Below are positions 14,375 through 22,833 of a DNA stretch of 36,863 bases, one piece after another (within the stretch, counting starts at the first letter, position 1; every line of letters begins with the position of its first letter). The notes under the pieces were generated by a model. The model saw nothing but the letters and a program-made list of their open reading frames with translations, was not told where the DNA came from and ran no database searches. The translations under genes and the position numbers were made by a program. Location of the stretch: positions 1 through 36,863 of IMG/VR virus record IMGVR_UViG_3300020049_006543. One strand, given 5' to 3'. Source of the stretch: a virus.

Positions 14375-15898
14375 ATGACAACAGAAACCAAAATTAGTGA
14401 CATAGTATTTACCGAATCTGAAAGGGAAGCGATAGCGCGCGAAGCCGCTTGGAAAGAGCTTAAAAGATATCTTTTTATTCAAGACGCAGAACTTGAAACT
14501 AGAAGAATCAGTCAAGAAAACATGCGCCATTTATTGAATAGAGCAATCGCCGAATATCAGAAAGAAGCGCTAAAAAGAAATGCGGTAGTAATTGAAGCTA
14601 TAGAAGAAGGCTCAATGCCGCTAGTCTATATTGAAACGGCGGATTCTCGCAGAAATGAACGTCTTGAGAATCTAGCAAAAGAGATTATGGATTTTATGTA
14701 TCAGCAGCAGAAAGAACCTACACAGGAAGATTTTGTAAGAGTGGCAGGGGCGATTCATGCTGAAGTTGTTAAATCGTATAATGCAACTGCAAAGCCCTAT
14801 GATTCTGACTGGCAAGAAAAGCTATATGAGCGATTAGCCCAAGCCGCAATAGCTTCATATCATAAGGGAACGCAGCCAGTGAAAGACTGGCACGATAGGG
14901 ACGATTACCTAACGCCTGAGATAGACAAGTATCACCCATTAAAGACCGGCGACCACGCTACCAGACAAAAGGCTAATGAGCTTGTAGGAAACAGGCATAG
15001 CAAAGGCGCTCTGATTGATTTAGTGAATTACCTCTTGAAACAAGCGCAGCCAGCAGAAACAAGCGAGTTGGTAGAAATAATAGATAGAGTAAAAGAATTT
15101 TTTGACAAAATAAATATTGGTGCTTCTCATGGTGAATTGCCTCATGGGTTAAAAACCAAAGAGGCCGAAAATGAATGGAAATATATTGTAAGAAAGGCAT
15201 CTGAGCTTCATGCCGAGTTATCAAAAGCAAATATAGTGCAAGCCCTCACAGCCCTAGCAAAGATTGAAGCACAGCCAGCAGAAACAAGCGAGTTAGTGAA
15301 AGAGGTTGCAAACCTTGCAATGACGCATACTTGGTGTTTTGCAAAAGAAGATGAAGCACAAGAGTTTGCCAGAAAAATAATCGCCCTACAAGCCCCTAAA
15401 CCAGAAACAAGCGAGCTGGTGAGGGATATAGATTCAATTAAAAATAGTTGCGCACAAGCAAGGCATTTAATGGATTTTAACAAACTGGATTCTTCTATAT
15501 TTGCTATTATAGAAGCCCTGTTAATTAAATGCGAAACCGCCCTACAAGCACCGAAGCAAGAGGGGTTGGTGGAATACTGTAAAGATGTTGAGCCGCTGGT
15601 TAGGGAGCTTACAAAAGGAAAGCCAGACAAACACTATGAAATACTTTATAGTACTCAGGAAATGCTAATAATGGAGCTTTATGATAAACTTAAATCAGCC
15701 CTCTCCACCGCCTCAATTCAACCTAGCAAGCCTGATGAACTGGTGGAAAAAATCTTAAATGGGATAATTTTAGATTTTACAGATAGAAGGGGTTTACGCC
15801 AAGAATGGGAAAATATAGATGGCGCAACCAAAATAGAAATTAAGGAAGCTTGGAGAGATATTATCAAGCAAGCCCTTAACAACAAACAGGGGGAGTGA
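14375..15898 (+). CDS. Large acidic modular protein of unknown function with five repeated linkers.
   Basis: 507 aa. Repeats: QAQPAETSELVEII, EAQPAETSELVKEV, LQAPKPETSELVRDI, LQAPKQEGLVEY and IQPSKPDELVEKI. A perfect 23-nt DNA repeat occurs at 15047-15069 and 15272-15294. Confidence 0.75.
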   Translation: MTTETKISDIVFTESEREAIAREAAWKELKRYLFIQDAELETRRISQENMRHLLNRAIAEYQKEALKRNAVVIEAIEEGSMPLVYIETADSRRNERLENLAKEIMDFMYQQQKEPTQEDFVRVAGAIHAEVVKSYNATAKPYDSDWQEKLYERLAQAAIASYHKGTQPVKDWHDRDDYLTPEIDKYHPLKTGDHATRQKANELVGNRHSKGALIDLVNYLLKQAQPAETSELVEIIDRVKEFFDKINIGASHGELPHGLKTKEAENEWKYIVRKASELHAELSKANIVQALTALAKIEAQPAETSELVKEVANLAMTHTWCFAKEDEAQEFARKIIALQAPKPETSELVRDIDSIKNSCAQARHLMDFNKLDSSIFAIIEALLIKCETALQAPKQEGLVEYCKDVEPLVRELTKGKPDKHYEILYSTQEMLIMELYDKLKSALSTASIQPSKPDELVEKILNGIILDFTDRRGLRQEWENIDGATKIEIKEAWRDIIKQALNNKQGE

Positions 15899-16596
15899 TG
15901 AAAGCCAGACCGATATTATTTTCAACGCCTATGGTTCAAGCTCTGCTTGAGGGCAGGAAAACGCAGACCAGAAGGATAATCGGCAAACTGCATGGCAGGG
16001 AAGTTGTAGATTTAAAAGAATTTTATGATGATGAAGAAGAAAATGGCTTCAGTGGCGGATTCTCAGACCTCAATAATTGGGGTTATCCTAATATGATAGA
16101 ATTTGACCCCTACACCCTCCAAGATATGCTTGATTATAATCTATGCCCCTATGGTAAAGTTGGCGATTTGCTATGGGTTAGAGAAACTTGGCAAGCATTC
16201 AAGCAAGTTAGCTATGAGTATGACGAATGGGCAGAGCTTGAATCAATAAAAGACATGAACGATAATGTTTATGAGCCTGTCTATAAAGCTAATAATGAAA
16301 ACTTTCCTGAGAAATGGTTCCCTTCAATTTTCATGCCGAAACAATACTCACGCCTTACGCTTGAAATAACCAATATCAGAGTTGAAAGGCTACAGGATAT
16401 TTCAAGGGGTGATTGTATGGCAGAAGGTTGCCCCTTCCCGAATATTGCAAAGGAAACCAGTCCGGTAAAATGGTATAGGGAACTATGGCAATCACTGAAC
16501 GGCAAAGATTCGTGGGATAAAAACCCGTGGGTATGGGTGATAGAGTTCAAGATTCATAAATGTAATTTTCAGGAACTAAACAAAAAGGATAGCTAG
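15898..16596 (+). CDS. ASCH/PUA-like domain phage protein.
   Basis: The N-terminal motif KARPILFSTPMVQALLEGRKTQTRR...GDLLWVRETW recurs in phage ASCH-like proteins. The ATG at 15898 overlaps the upstream TGA, and a GTG at 15895 is an alternative start. Confidence 0.5.
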   Translation: MKARPILFSTPMVQALLEGRKTQTRRIIGKLHGREVVDLKEFYDDEEENGFSGGFSDLNNWGYPNMIEFDPYTLQDMLDYNLCPYGKVGDLLWVRETWQAFKQVSYEYDEWAELESIKDMNDNVYEPVYKANNENFPEKWFPSIFMPKQYSRLTLEITNIRVERLQDISRGDCMAEGCPFPNIAKETSPVKWYRELWQSLNGKDSWDKNPWVWVIEFKIHKCNFQELNKKDS

Positions 16597-16598
16597 TT

Positions 16599-16982
16599 AT
16601 GACAGATAACAAAAGTTGGATAGTAAAGCCCATAAAAGGCAAAAAAGACCCTGTTGTTTATATCATTAAGGAATACAGGCCAGAAGAACATGACGGTAAA
16701 CATTACCGGTGGTTCAGCAAGCTGGAGTTCGCAAGGGAATATGCTGATAGCATGAATGCCGCTTTGAAAAAAAGTGATGATAAACCGCCCATGACAGATA
16801 AACAGATGCTAAAGCCTTGCCCGTTTTGCCGTGGTGAGGCAAGGAAGGGCGAGATATACATTGAAGGAACGGCAGAGCCTCAGACAGCTTATGGCTGCTT
16901 TGACAAGTGCGGCGTTTATATGCTAACGCCAGAAGCATGGAACACCCGCCCCGCCCCTGTGAGTGATGAAACGGCTAACTAG
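16599..16982 (+). CDS. Lar-family restriction-alleviation-like protein (C-terminal domain).
   Basis: The Lar_restr_allev pattern LKPCPFCRGEA...YGCFDKCGV...TPEAWNTR follows a 70-aa unrelated N-terminal part. Confidence 0.6.
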   Translation: MTDNKSWIVKPIKGKKDPVVYIIKEYRPEEHDGKHYRWFSKLEFAREYADSMNAALKKSDDKPPMTDKQMLKPCPFCRGEARKGEIYIEGTAEPQTAYGCFDKCGVYMLTPEAWNTRPAPVSDETAN

Positions 16983-17006
16983 AAAAGAGATTATAGAGAG
17001 GAATGT

Positions 17007-17243
17007 ATGGGTAACAGAGTAATAATAACGAAAGCAAGCGGAGAATATGAAATAGATGCCGTTGGCGATTGCGTTCATGGAACTGAAACGCAATGTGGTG
17101 ATGCAGCTACCGTATGCGGAATATATTTTGTGGACGGTGTGGAAGAATATAAAAATACTAACAAACCTATATCTTGTACCGCCTGTGTAAACGCCTTAGA
17201 GAATCGCGGCGTTTTTAGCAAAAGAAATAATAATTGGTATTAG
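17007..17243 (+). CDS. Cys-rich hypothetical protein.
   Basis: 78-aa ORF with RBS gagaggaatgtATG. It is flanked by imperfect 28-nt direct repeats (16967-16994 and 17246-17273). Confidence 0.6.
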   Translation: MGNRVIITKASGEYEIDAVGDCVHGTETQCGDAATVCGIYFVDGVEEYKNTNKPISCTACVNALENRGVFSKRNNNWY

Positions 17244-17244
17244 T

Positions 17245-17613
17245 GTGAAACAGCTAACTAAAAAAGAGATAATTAAGAATAGGGCTAGGGCTATGTTCGC
17301 CAAAATGGAAGCACAGCCAGAGCATTTATTTACTGCTACATTACCTCGTATTCAGGAAATGTATTTAGGCGTTGCCGAAGCCACCATTGAAGCCGATGAA
17401 AAAGCAGGGGTGTTGAAATTGATAGAGGAGGGGAAGAGGCCTTATTATGGCGATGTAGTGGAGCTGCAAGATTGTGAGGGTGGGGTTCATTATGAAATGA
17501 TGACTGCATCAGAGCATAGTGAAACGGCTAAAAAGATATTGGGCTGGGGTAATGTAAAAATAATTTATAGTTCTTTCCCAGATTCACCAGTATATCAATG
17601 CAAAAAGGACTAA
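17245..17613 (+). CDS. Hypothetical protein (GTG start).
   Basis: 122-aa ORF. The N-terminus MKQLTKKEIIKNR has a truncated duplicate (MKRLTRKEIIERN) encoded at 16966. Confidence 0.6.
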   Translation: MKQLTKKEIIKNRARAMFAKMEAQPEHLFTATLPRIQEMYLGVAEATIEADEKAGVLKLIEEGKRPYYGDVVELQDCEGGVHYEMMTASEHSETAKKILGWGNVKIIYSSFPDSPVYQCKKD

Positions 17614-17616
17614 GCC

Positions 17617-17754
17617 ATGAAGATATTTTGTTGGATTCTAAAAATTCATAGATGGCGGTACAATACTTATACTGAAAGTATGCAGTGCAGTTGGTGTAGA
17701 AAGCATAAGCCATATATAGAGCCAGAGGGCGACTTTTTTACATTAAGAGATTAA
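17617..17754 (+). CDS. Mini-protein (45 aa) with a C..H..CxxC zinc-ribbon-like pattern, not in the ORF track.
   Basis: RBS aaaaaggactaagccATG. Sequence MKIFCWILKIHRWRYNTYTESMQCSWCRKHK... Confidence 0.45.
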   Translation: MKIFCWILKIHRWRYNTYTESMQCSWCRKHKPYIEPEGDFFTLRD

Positions 17755-17770
17755 CAAAAAGGACTAACCT

Positions 17771-17953
17771 ATGACAGAAGATAAAGGCTGGATAATTCAT
17801 AAAGAAAGCAGATGTCCAGTTGCTCCCGATACCTATATAGAAATAGAGAACGGTATAGCAAAAAGCAAGGGTCAGGCTAAAGAATTTTTCTGGGGCGAGA
17901 ACGAAATAGCAACTATTGTGAAGTACCGAATTTTAAAGAAGGATAATAAATAA
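17771..17953 (+). CDS. Hypothetical protein.
   Basis: 60-aa ORF with RBS aaaaaggactaacctATG. The N-terminus MTEDKGWII parallels MTDNKSWIV of the gene at 16599. Confidence 0.55.
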   Translation: MTEDKGWIIHKESRCPVAPDTYIEIENGIAKSKGQAKEFFWGENEIATIVKYRILKKDNK

Positions 17954-18093
17954 TGCGCCAGTTCTTAAGAGAGTTATTCTGCCGCCATAAATGGATTTGC
18001 TGCTTAGATGCTGTATTCTTTTTGTATCGTTCAAGTATATGCGAAAAGTGCGGTAAGAAAAAAAGAGATAAAGGACATTTCCTAAAATCCTGA
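17953..18093 (+). CDS. Mini-protein (46 aa) with a C.H..CxxC zinc-ribbon-like pattern, not in the ORF track.
   Basis: TAATG overlap with the previous gene. Sequence MRQFLRELFCRHKWICC...SICEKCGKKK, the same Cys/His pattern as 17617..17754. Confidence 0.45.
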   Translation: MRQFLRELFCRHKWICCLDAVFFLYRSSICEKCGKKKRDKGHFLKS

Positions 18094-18155
18094 TAGCTAA
18101 ATTCAACAATCTTTGTTATTATTATAAAAAACGATGTGAAAACGACGGTATAACA

Positions 18156-18578
18156 ATGACAAAGAAAAAACGCGACCCACGCGAAAATCTTAAGAACGGC
18201 AAGAAGTTTTCTAAGGAATACCAGCCTGCTAATAGAGGCCGGAAGCGTAGTTTAATCAATCAGATATTACAAGACTATAAACTTGATAATGGCGGCAAGG
18301 AACTATCAAAAGAAGATAGCTATAAGCTTATTGAAGCGGTTCTGAATATGACCGGTAAGGAAATGCAGGCTCTTTCGGAAAACCCAGATACGCCAGCTTG
18401 GCTTATTTCTATTGCTTCAGCAGTTGCCGCAGATATAAGGCGCGGTCAGATAGCGACTGTTGAAAAAGTATGGAATCGGATATTCGGTTATCCGAAACAA
18501 GACCTTGATTTATCAAACCCAGACGGCACACTTGCACCACAGACAGTTCTGTACATTCCTGATAATAATAGAAAATAG
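18156..18578 (+). CDS. terS: Terminase small subunit (putative).
   Basis: 140 aa with a basic N-terminus (KNGKKFSKEYQPANRGRKRS). It lies immediately upstream of the large terminase. Confidence 0.6.
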   Translation: MTKKKRDPRENLKNGKKFSKEYQPANRGRKRSLINQILQDYKLDNGGKELSKEDSYKLIEAVLNMTGKEMQALSENPDTPAWLISIASAVAADIRRGQIATVEKVWNRIFGYPKQDLDLSNPDGTLAPQTVLYIPDNNRK

Positions 18579-18587
18579 GAACGCGGC

Positions 18588-19949
18588 ATGAAGCAGCCGG
18601 AGCGCGAAATAGTAGAATTCAAGCCGCAGAAAGGTAAACAGGAACTATTCCTTGCTTCAGGTGCAGATATAACCATATACGGCGGAGCAGCAGGCGGCGG
18701 AAAGACTTATGGGCTATGCTTGGAGCCTTTGCGGCATATCAAGAATACACAGTTCGGCGCGGTGTACTTCCGGCGCAGCACAAAAGATATAAGAGCGCAG
18801 GGCGGCCTATGGGACGAATCACAGAAGATATATCCTTATTTTGAAGGTGCGCCTCGCGAAACCTTCCTTGACTGGCGCTTTCCTTCTGGTTCAAAAGTAA
18901 CGTTCGGACATCTTGAATATGATAAGACCTGCGAAGATTACAAGTCTTCACAAATACCGTTGATATGCTTTGACCAGTTAGAAACCTTCAGTGAGTATCA
19001 ATTCTGGTATATGTTAAGCCGAAGCCGTACTACCTGCGGGATAAGGCCATATATACGCGCGACCTGCAACCCAGATTCAGAAAGCTTTCTTCGTCAATTA
19101 CTTGATTACTGGATTGATAACGACACCGGCCTTGCTATAGAATCCCGCGCAGGTCAGGTGCGCTACTTCGTTCGGGTAGGTGAAGATATAGTTTTTGCGA
19201 ATAGCCCGAAAGAGATAATTAAGAAGCACCCAGAGTTTAAGATTGAACACGTTAAGAGCCTTTCATTCATACCAGCGAAACTTTCAGATAACAAAATACT
19301 TAATACCGCAGACCCAGCTTATCAGGCGAACCTGCTTGCGCTTCCTATGGTTGAGCGTGAAAGGTTGCTTCATGGAAACTGGAATGTGGCTGCTACCGGC
19401 GGAGTATGTAAGATTGAATGGTTCAGGCGCTTTGACTTGGACGATATGCCGGAATTCGTAGAGGTTATTCAATCTTGGGACACCGCATTAAAAGAAAAGG
19501 AAACGAACGACTATTCAGTTTGCACCACTTGGGGAATAACTGATAAAGAAGAATTTTACTTAATAGATTGCTATATAGCAAAATTACAATTCCCAGTTCT
19601 GAAGAAAAAAGCATTCCAGCTTGCCAGCGATTATCTTGCAGAAACGTCGCTTATAGAAGATAAGGCTTCAGGCACTCCGCTTATTCAGGCGATGCGGGAC
19701 GAAGGCGGGCTTACCATTCTGCCGATAAATCCAAAAGGCGATAAAGTAGAGCGCTTCAGTCGCGCTTCCATAATGATAGAAGCCGGACGCGTATTCATAC
19801 CGAAAAAAGCACACTGGCTGTCAGATTTTGAACTACAGTTAAAATCATTTCCAAAAAGCCCGAACGATGATATAGTTGATTCTGTAAGTCAATTCCTGAA
19901 TTGGTACGGCAGCAGAATGAACAAAAAACTTTCAATAAGGCGTTTATAA
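18588..19949 (+). CDS. terL: Terminase large subunit.
   Basis: Walker A motif YGGAAGGGKT. The C-terminal nuclease region SWDTALKEKETNDYSVCTTWG...LIEDKASG...PNDDIVDSVSQ is typical of the Terminase_6 / psiM2-ORF9-type TerL. Confidence 0.9.
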   Translation: MKQPEREIVEFKPQKGKQELFLASGADITIYGGAAGGGKTYGLCLEPLRHIKNTQFGAVYFRRSTKDIRAQGGLWDESQKIYPYFEGAPRETFLDWRFPSGSKVTFGHLEYDKTCEDYKSSQIPLICFDQLETFSEYQFWYMLSRSRTTCGIRPYIRATCNPDSESFLRQLLDYWIDNDTGLAIESRAGQVRYFVRVGEDIVFANSPKEIIKKHPEFKIEHVKSLSFIPAKLSDNKILNTADPAYQANLLALPMVERERLLHGNWNVAATGGVCKIEWFRRFDLDDMPEFVEVIQSWDTALKEKETNDYSVCTTWGITDKEEFYLIDCYIAKLQFPVLKKKAFQLASDYLAETSLIEDKASGTPLIQAMRDEGGLTILPINPKGDKVERFSRASIMIEAGRVFIPKKAHWLSDFELQLKSFPKSPNDDIVDSVSQFLNWYGSRMNKKLSIRRL

Positions 19950-21373
19950 TGTTTGAATTCCTGAAACGCAAAGCACCTGAAACAAATCAAAACAAGCAGG
20001 TAAGCGAACAGAAGGCTATAGATTCGCCTTTTCTTTCTTATATGCACAGCAGCACCGATGATATTTCATTAGCAAGCAATTATTACGCTCTGGCGCGATA
20101 TGGCTATGTGGTCAATCCTATTGCCAGACGTTGTATAGACCGCGCAGCAGAGGCGCAATCTTCTATTCCCTACAGGCTTAAAAAGAAGCTTAAAGATTCA
20201 ACGGAAGAAATAAAACAACACCCAGTAGTTTCTTTATTTGATAGACCGAACCCGCTTTATTCTTGGCCTGAACTGATTCAGGAATTCTTTGTAGATAAGC
20301 TGATAGCCGGTGAGGCATTCCTTCTTGCTACAATAGACCCGCGCAACGGTCAGCCCGCAGAAATATGGCCTATAAAGCCAAATGAGATAACCGTTGAGTA
20401 TGACGCTACCGTGAACGGCATCATATACACGGTTACAAGTAAGAACGCAAAATACAAGGCTCTTTCTTCTGAAAACTTCAAGTGCCAGATATTCCATTTC
20501 AAAGATAATAACCCGCTAAATAAATGGCGCGGCATAAGCCCGCTAATATCAGCAGGCAACAGTATTGAATCAATCAACGACGGCCTGCGCTGGAATAAGA
20601 ACCTTGTTAAGAACGGCGCGAATCCTACAGGCGCTTTTTCTTCTAAGGATTCCTTAACGACGCAGCAGTATGAGAGGCTTAAACAAGAGATAGATTTAAA
20701 TTTCACCGGCGCGAGTAATGCAGGCAAACCCTTACTTCTTGAGGGCGGCTTGGAATATAACTCAATATCCATGTCACCTAAAGATATGGATTTTATCAAT
20801 AACCTGAAGCAAAACAGCAGAATGATTTGCACAGTGTACGGCACGCCGCCGCAGCTTGTCGGTGTTGAAGGTGAATCAACGTATTCAAACTATGGTGAAG
20901 CTCTTATTGCTTACTGGCAAGATACGATAATTCCTGAATGCAATCTTTTCTACGAAGCGTTGAATCGCTGGATTTTAGATTTCTATAAAGACGGAACAGA
21001 TTTATATTTTGAACCTGTTTATGATAATATAGCGGCACTTGAAATGCGTCGTAAGGCTCTATTTGATAGGGCGATTGCAGCACAGACAGCAGGCATACTT
21101 TCCATTGATGAATCGCGGGAGCTTGTGGGCTATGCGGCTAAAAACGTGACGAATTCAGATTCACTTCTTGTTCCTGCGGGTAAGACACCTCTTGAACTTG
21201 TGGGCGAAGATATAGGAACGCAGGCTGAAGATGATTACGCGGCTGCCATAGACGAGGTAGGCAATACAGGCGGGAAAGAAACACCGGCGGAAGACGCAAA
21301 CGAAGACCCGAACGAAGAAGAACAAAATGAAGATGAAGAAGGAAATCAAGGCGGCGATAGCAACGAAGGATAA
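19949..21373 (+). CDS. Portal protein (HK97-type).
   Basis: About 474 aa directly after terL, with a TAATG overlap at 19947-19951. It has a highly acidic C-terminal tail. Size and position are typical of the Phage_portal family. Confidence 0.8.
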   Translation: MFEFLKRKAPETNQNKQVSEQKAIDSPFLSYMHSSTDDISLASNYYALARYGYVVNPIARRCIDRAAEAQSSIPYRLKKKLKDSTEEIKQHPVVSLFDRPNPLYSWPELIQEFFVDKLIAGEAFLLATIDPRNGQPAEIWPIKPNEITVEYDATVNGIIYTVTSKNAKYKALSSENFKCQIFHFKDNNPLNKWRGISPLISAGNSIESINDGLRWNKNLVKNGANPTGAFSSKDSLTTQQYERLKQEIDLNFTGASNAGKPLLLEGGLEYNSISMSPKDMDFINNLKQNSRMICTVYGTPPQLVGVEGESTYSNYGEALIAYWQDTIIPECNLFYEALNRWILDFYKDGTDLYFEPVYDNIAALEMRRKALFDRAIAAQTAGILSIDESRELVGYAAKNVTNSDSLLVPAGKTPLELVGEDIGTQAEDDYAAAIDEVGNTGGKETPAEDANEDPNEEEQNEDEEGNQGGDSNEG

Positions 21374-22118
21374 GCAAATCCGTAAATACGAACGCCTATT
21401 CCGTGAATATATCAATAAAGAACTCAGGAAGTTCTATAAAAAATGCGCCTCAATGGTCGGCACATCGCAGCTTGAGAAATACATCAAAATAGAGCTTTTA
21501 ACGTACGAACACCAGCGCCGCTTGGAAAAGCTTATGACGGTTCATTACACCCATGTAATAAGAGCCGGAACCGATTTTATGCAAGAGGTTTATAAAAGTG
21601 ATATTCCGAATATGGAGCGAAAGGCTTTGAATATTTATAGAAGCCTGTTGCAAAAATATGTCAGCGAAAACCTACTGAAGAAAGCTACCAGCATTTCCAA
21701 TAACTCAAAGCGCCGTGTTCTTGAGGCTCTGAGCAAAGCAGTAAATGAAGGATTACCGCCAGACGCGCAAGCTGGGAAGATAGCAACGCTTGCAAGAATC
21801 AGCAAGCCGCGCGCGGGTTTGATAGCGCGCACAGAAACATTCAGCGCCCTTACTTTTTCGCAGTTAGAAAGCGCGAAGGTATATGCCGATGAATTCAATG
21901 TTGTTAAATATAAAAAGTGGTTTGCCTTCCAAGACGACAGGGTAAGGGAAACGCACGATACAAGCCTGAATCCTGAACTTCTTATTGCACGACCACTGGA
22001 CGAACCCTTCATTGTTGGCGGTTATGAATGCGACAGGCCGCACGATGCTTCGCTCCCGCCTGAAGAAGTGATAAACTGCCGATGCGATTTATTATTTGTT
22101 AATTCGCCTGACGAATGA
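21327..22118 (+). CDS. Head morphogenesis protein (SPP1 gp7 / Mu F-like).
   Basis: ARTETFSALTFSQLESAK...FQDDRVRETHD...VINCRCDLLFV matches the Phage_Mu_F domain pattern. Confidence 0.8.
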   Translation: MKMKKEIKAAIATKDKQIRKYERLFREYINKELRKFYKKCASMVGTSQLEKYIKIELLTYEHQRRLEKLMTVHYTHVIRAGTDFMQEVYKSDIPNMERKALNIYRSLLQKYVSENLLKKATSISNNSKRRVLEALSKAVNEGLPPDAQAGKIATLARISKPRAGLIARTETFSALTFSQLESAKVYADEFNVVKYKKWFAFQDDRVRETHDTSLNPELLIARPLDEPFIVGGYECDRPHDASLPPEEVINCRCDLLFVNSPDE

Positions 22119-22144
22119 TAAAATTCATAAAACAGGAATCTTCT

Positions 22145-22831
22145 ATGAATAGAGAAACAACAGAATTTAAATTTGACGATTTAAAATTCAAGTATAGCAA
22201 GAAAGAATCGGGCGAAATGGTGTTCACCGGTTATGCCTCTACGTTCGGAAATATAGATTCAACAAACGATATAATGGTGAAGGGTTGCTTTGATGAAAGC
22301 ATCAAGGCCAGAATGCCGAAGCTCTGCTACCAGCACAGGCTTGATAAGCTTATCGGTAAATTCACAAAAGTAGTTGAAGATGATTACGGCCTTTATGTTG
22401 AAGGTAAACTGAGCAATACATCGCTAGGCCGCGATACTTACGAATTACTTATGGACGGCGCGCTTGATAGAATGAGTATCGGTTTTATATGCTTGGATAG
22501 GGAATATAAGGACGACCTGCGCTATATTAAGAAAGTTGACCTCTGGGAAGTATCGCCTGTTACAATACCGGCGAACTCAAAGGCCGTTATTACTTCCGTT
22601 AAGTCTTTAGAGAACGAAGCGGAAATCAAAAGAGATATTGCACATCACCTGAAGAAGATAAGTTTCTTTTCAAGAAGTCAGGCTGATGCTGTTGCTAAAT
22701 TTGCACTTGATATGCTTCAGCGCGAGGCTGAAGAAAGTAAAGGGCAGATACAGCGCGAGGCTGTAAACGCGGAAGCTATAGACCGCGCTATAAAAGCTAT
22801 GGAAAACGCATCTAACATAATAAGGATTTAA
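22145..22831 (+). CDS. Prohead serine protease (HK97 family, S78).
   Basis: FTGYASTFGNIDSTNDIMVKGCF...CYQHR...MSIGF...WEVSPVTIPANSKA. The ATG at 22145 has an aggaa RBS. An in-frame ATG at 22115 (ATGA overlap) is an alternative start. Confidence 0.85.
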   Translation: MNRETTEFKFDDLKFKYSKKESGEMVFTGYASTFGNIDSTNDIMVKGCFDESIKARMPKLCYQHRLDKLIGKFTKVVEDDYGLYVEGKLSNTSLGRDTYELLMDGALDRMSIGFICLDREYKDDLRYIKKVDLWEVSPVTIPANSKAVITSVKSLENEAEIKRDIAHHLKKISFFSRSQADAVAKFALDMLQREAEESKGQIQREAVNAEAIDRAIKAMENASNIIRI

Positions 22832-22833
22832 AA

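Noticed and set aside
15208-15630. 140-aa minus-strand ORF. Similar antisense ORFs lie at 20350..20844, 21635..22012, 554..790, 10819..11115, 29327..29701 and 36397..36675.
   Set aside because: All lie fully inside long plus-strand genes with clear family motifs or strong operon context. Every convincing minus-strand gene sits in the 2815-5191 block.
18128-18145. Two aaaacga repeats 11 nt apart upstream of terS as a pac/cos site.
   Set aside because: They are too short and A-rich to distinguish from chance. Packaging-site assignment needs terminus mapping.
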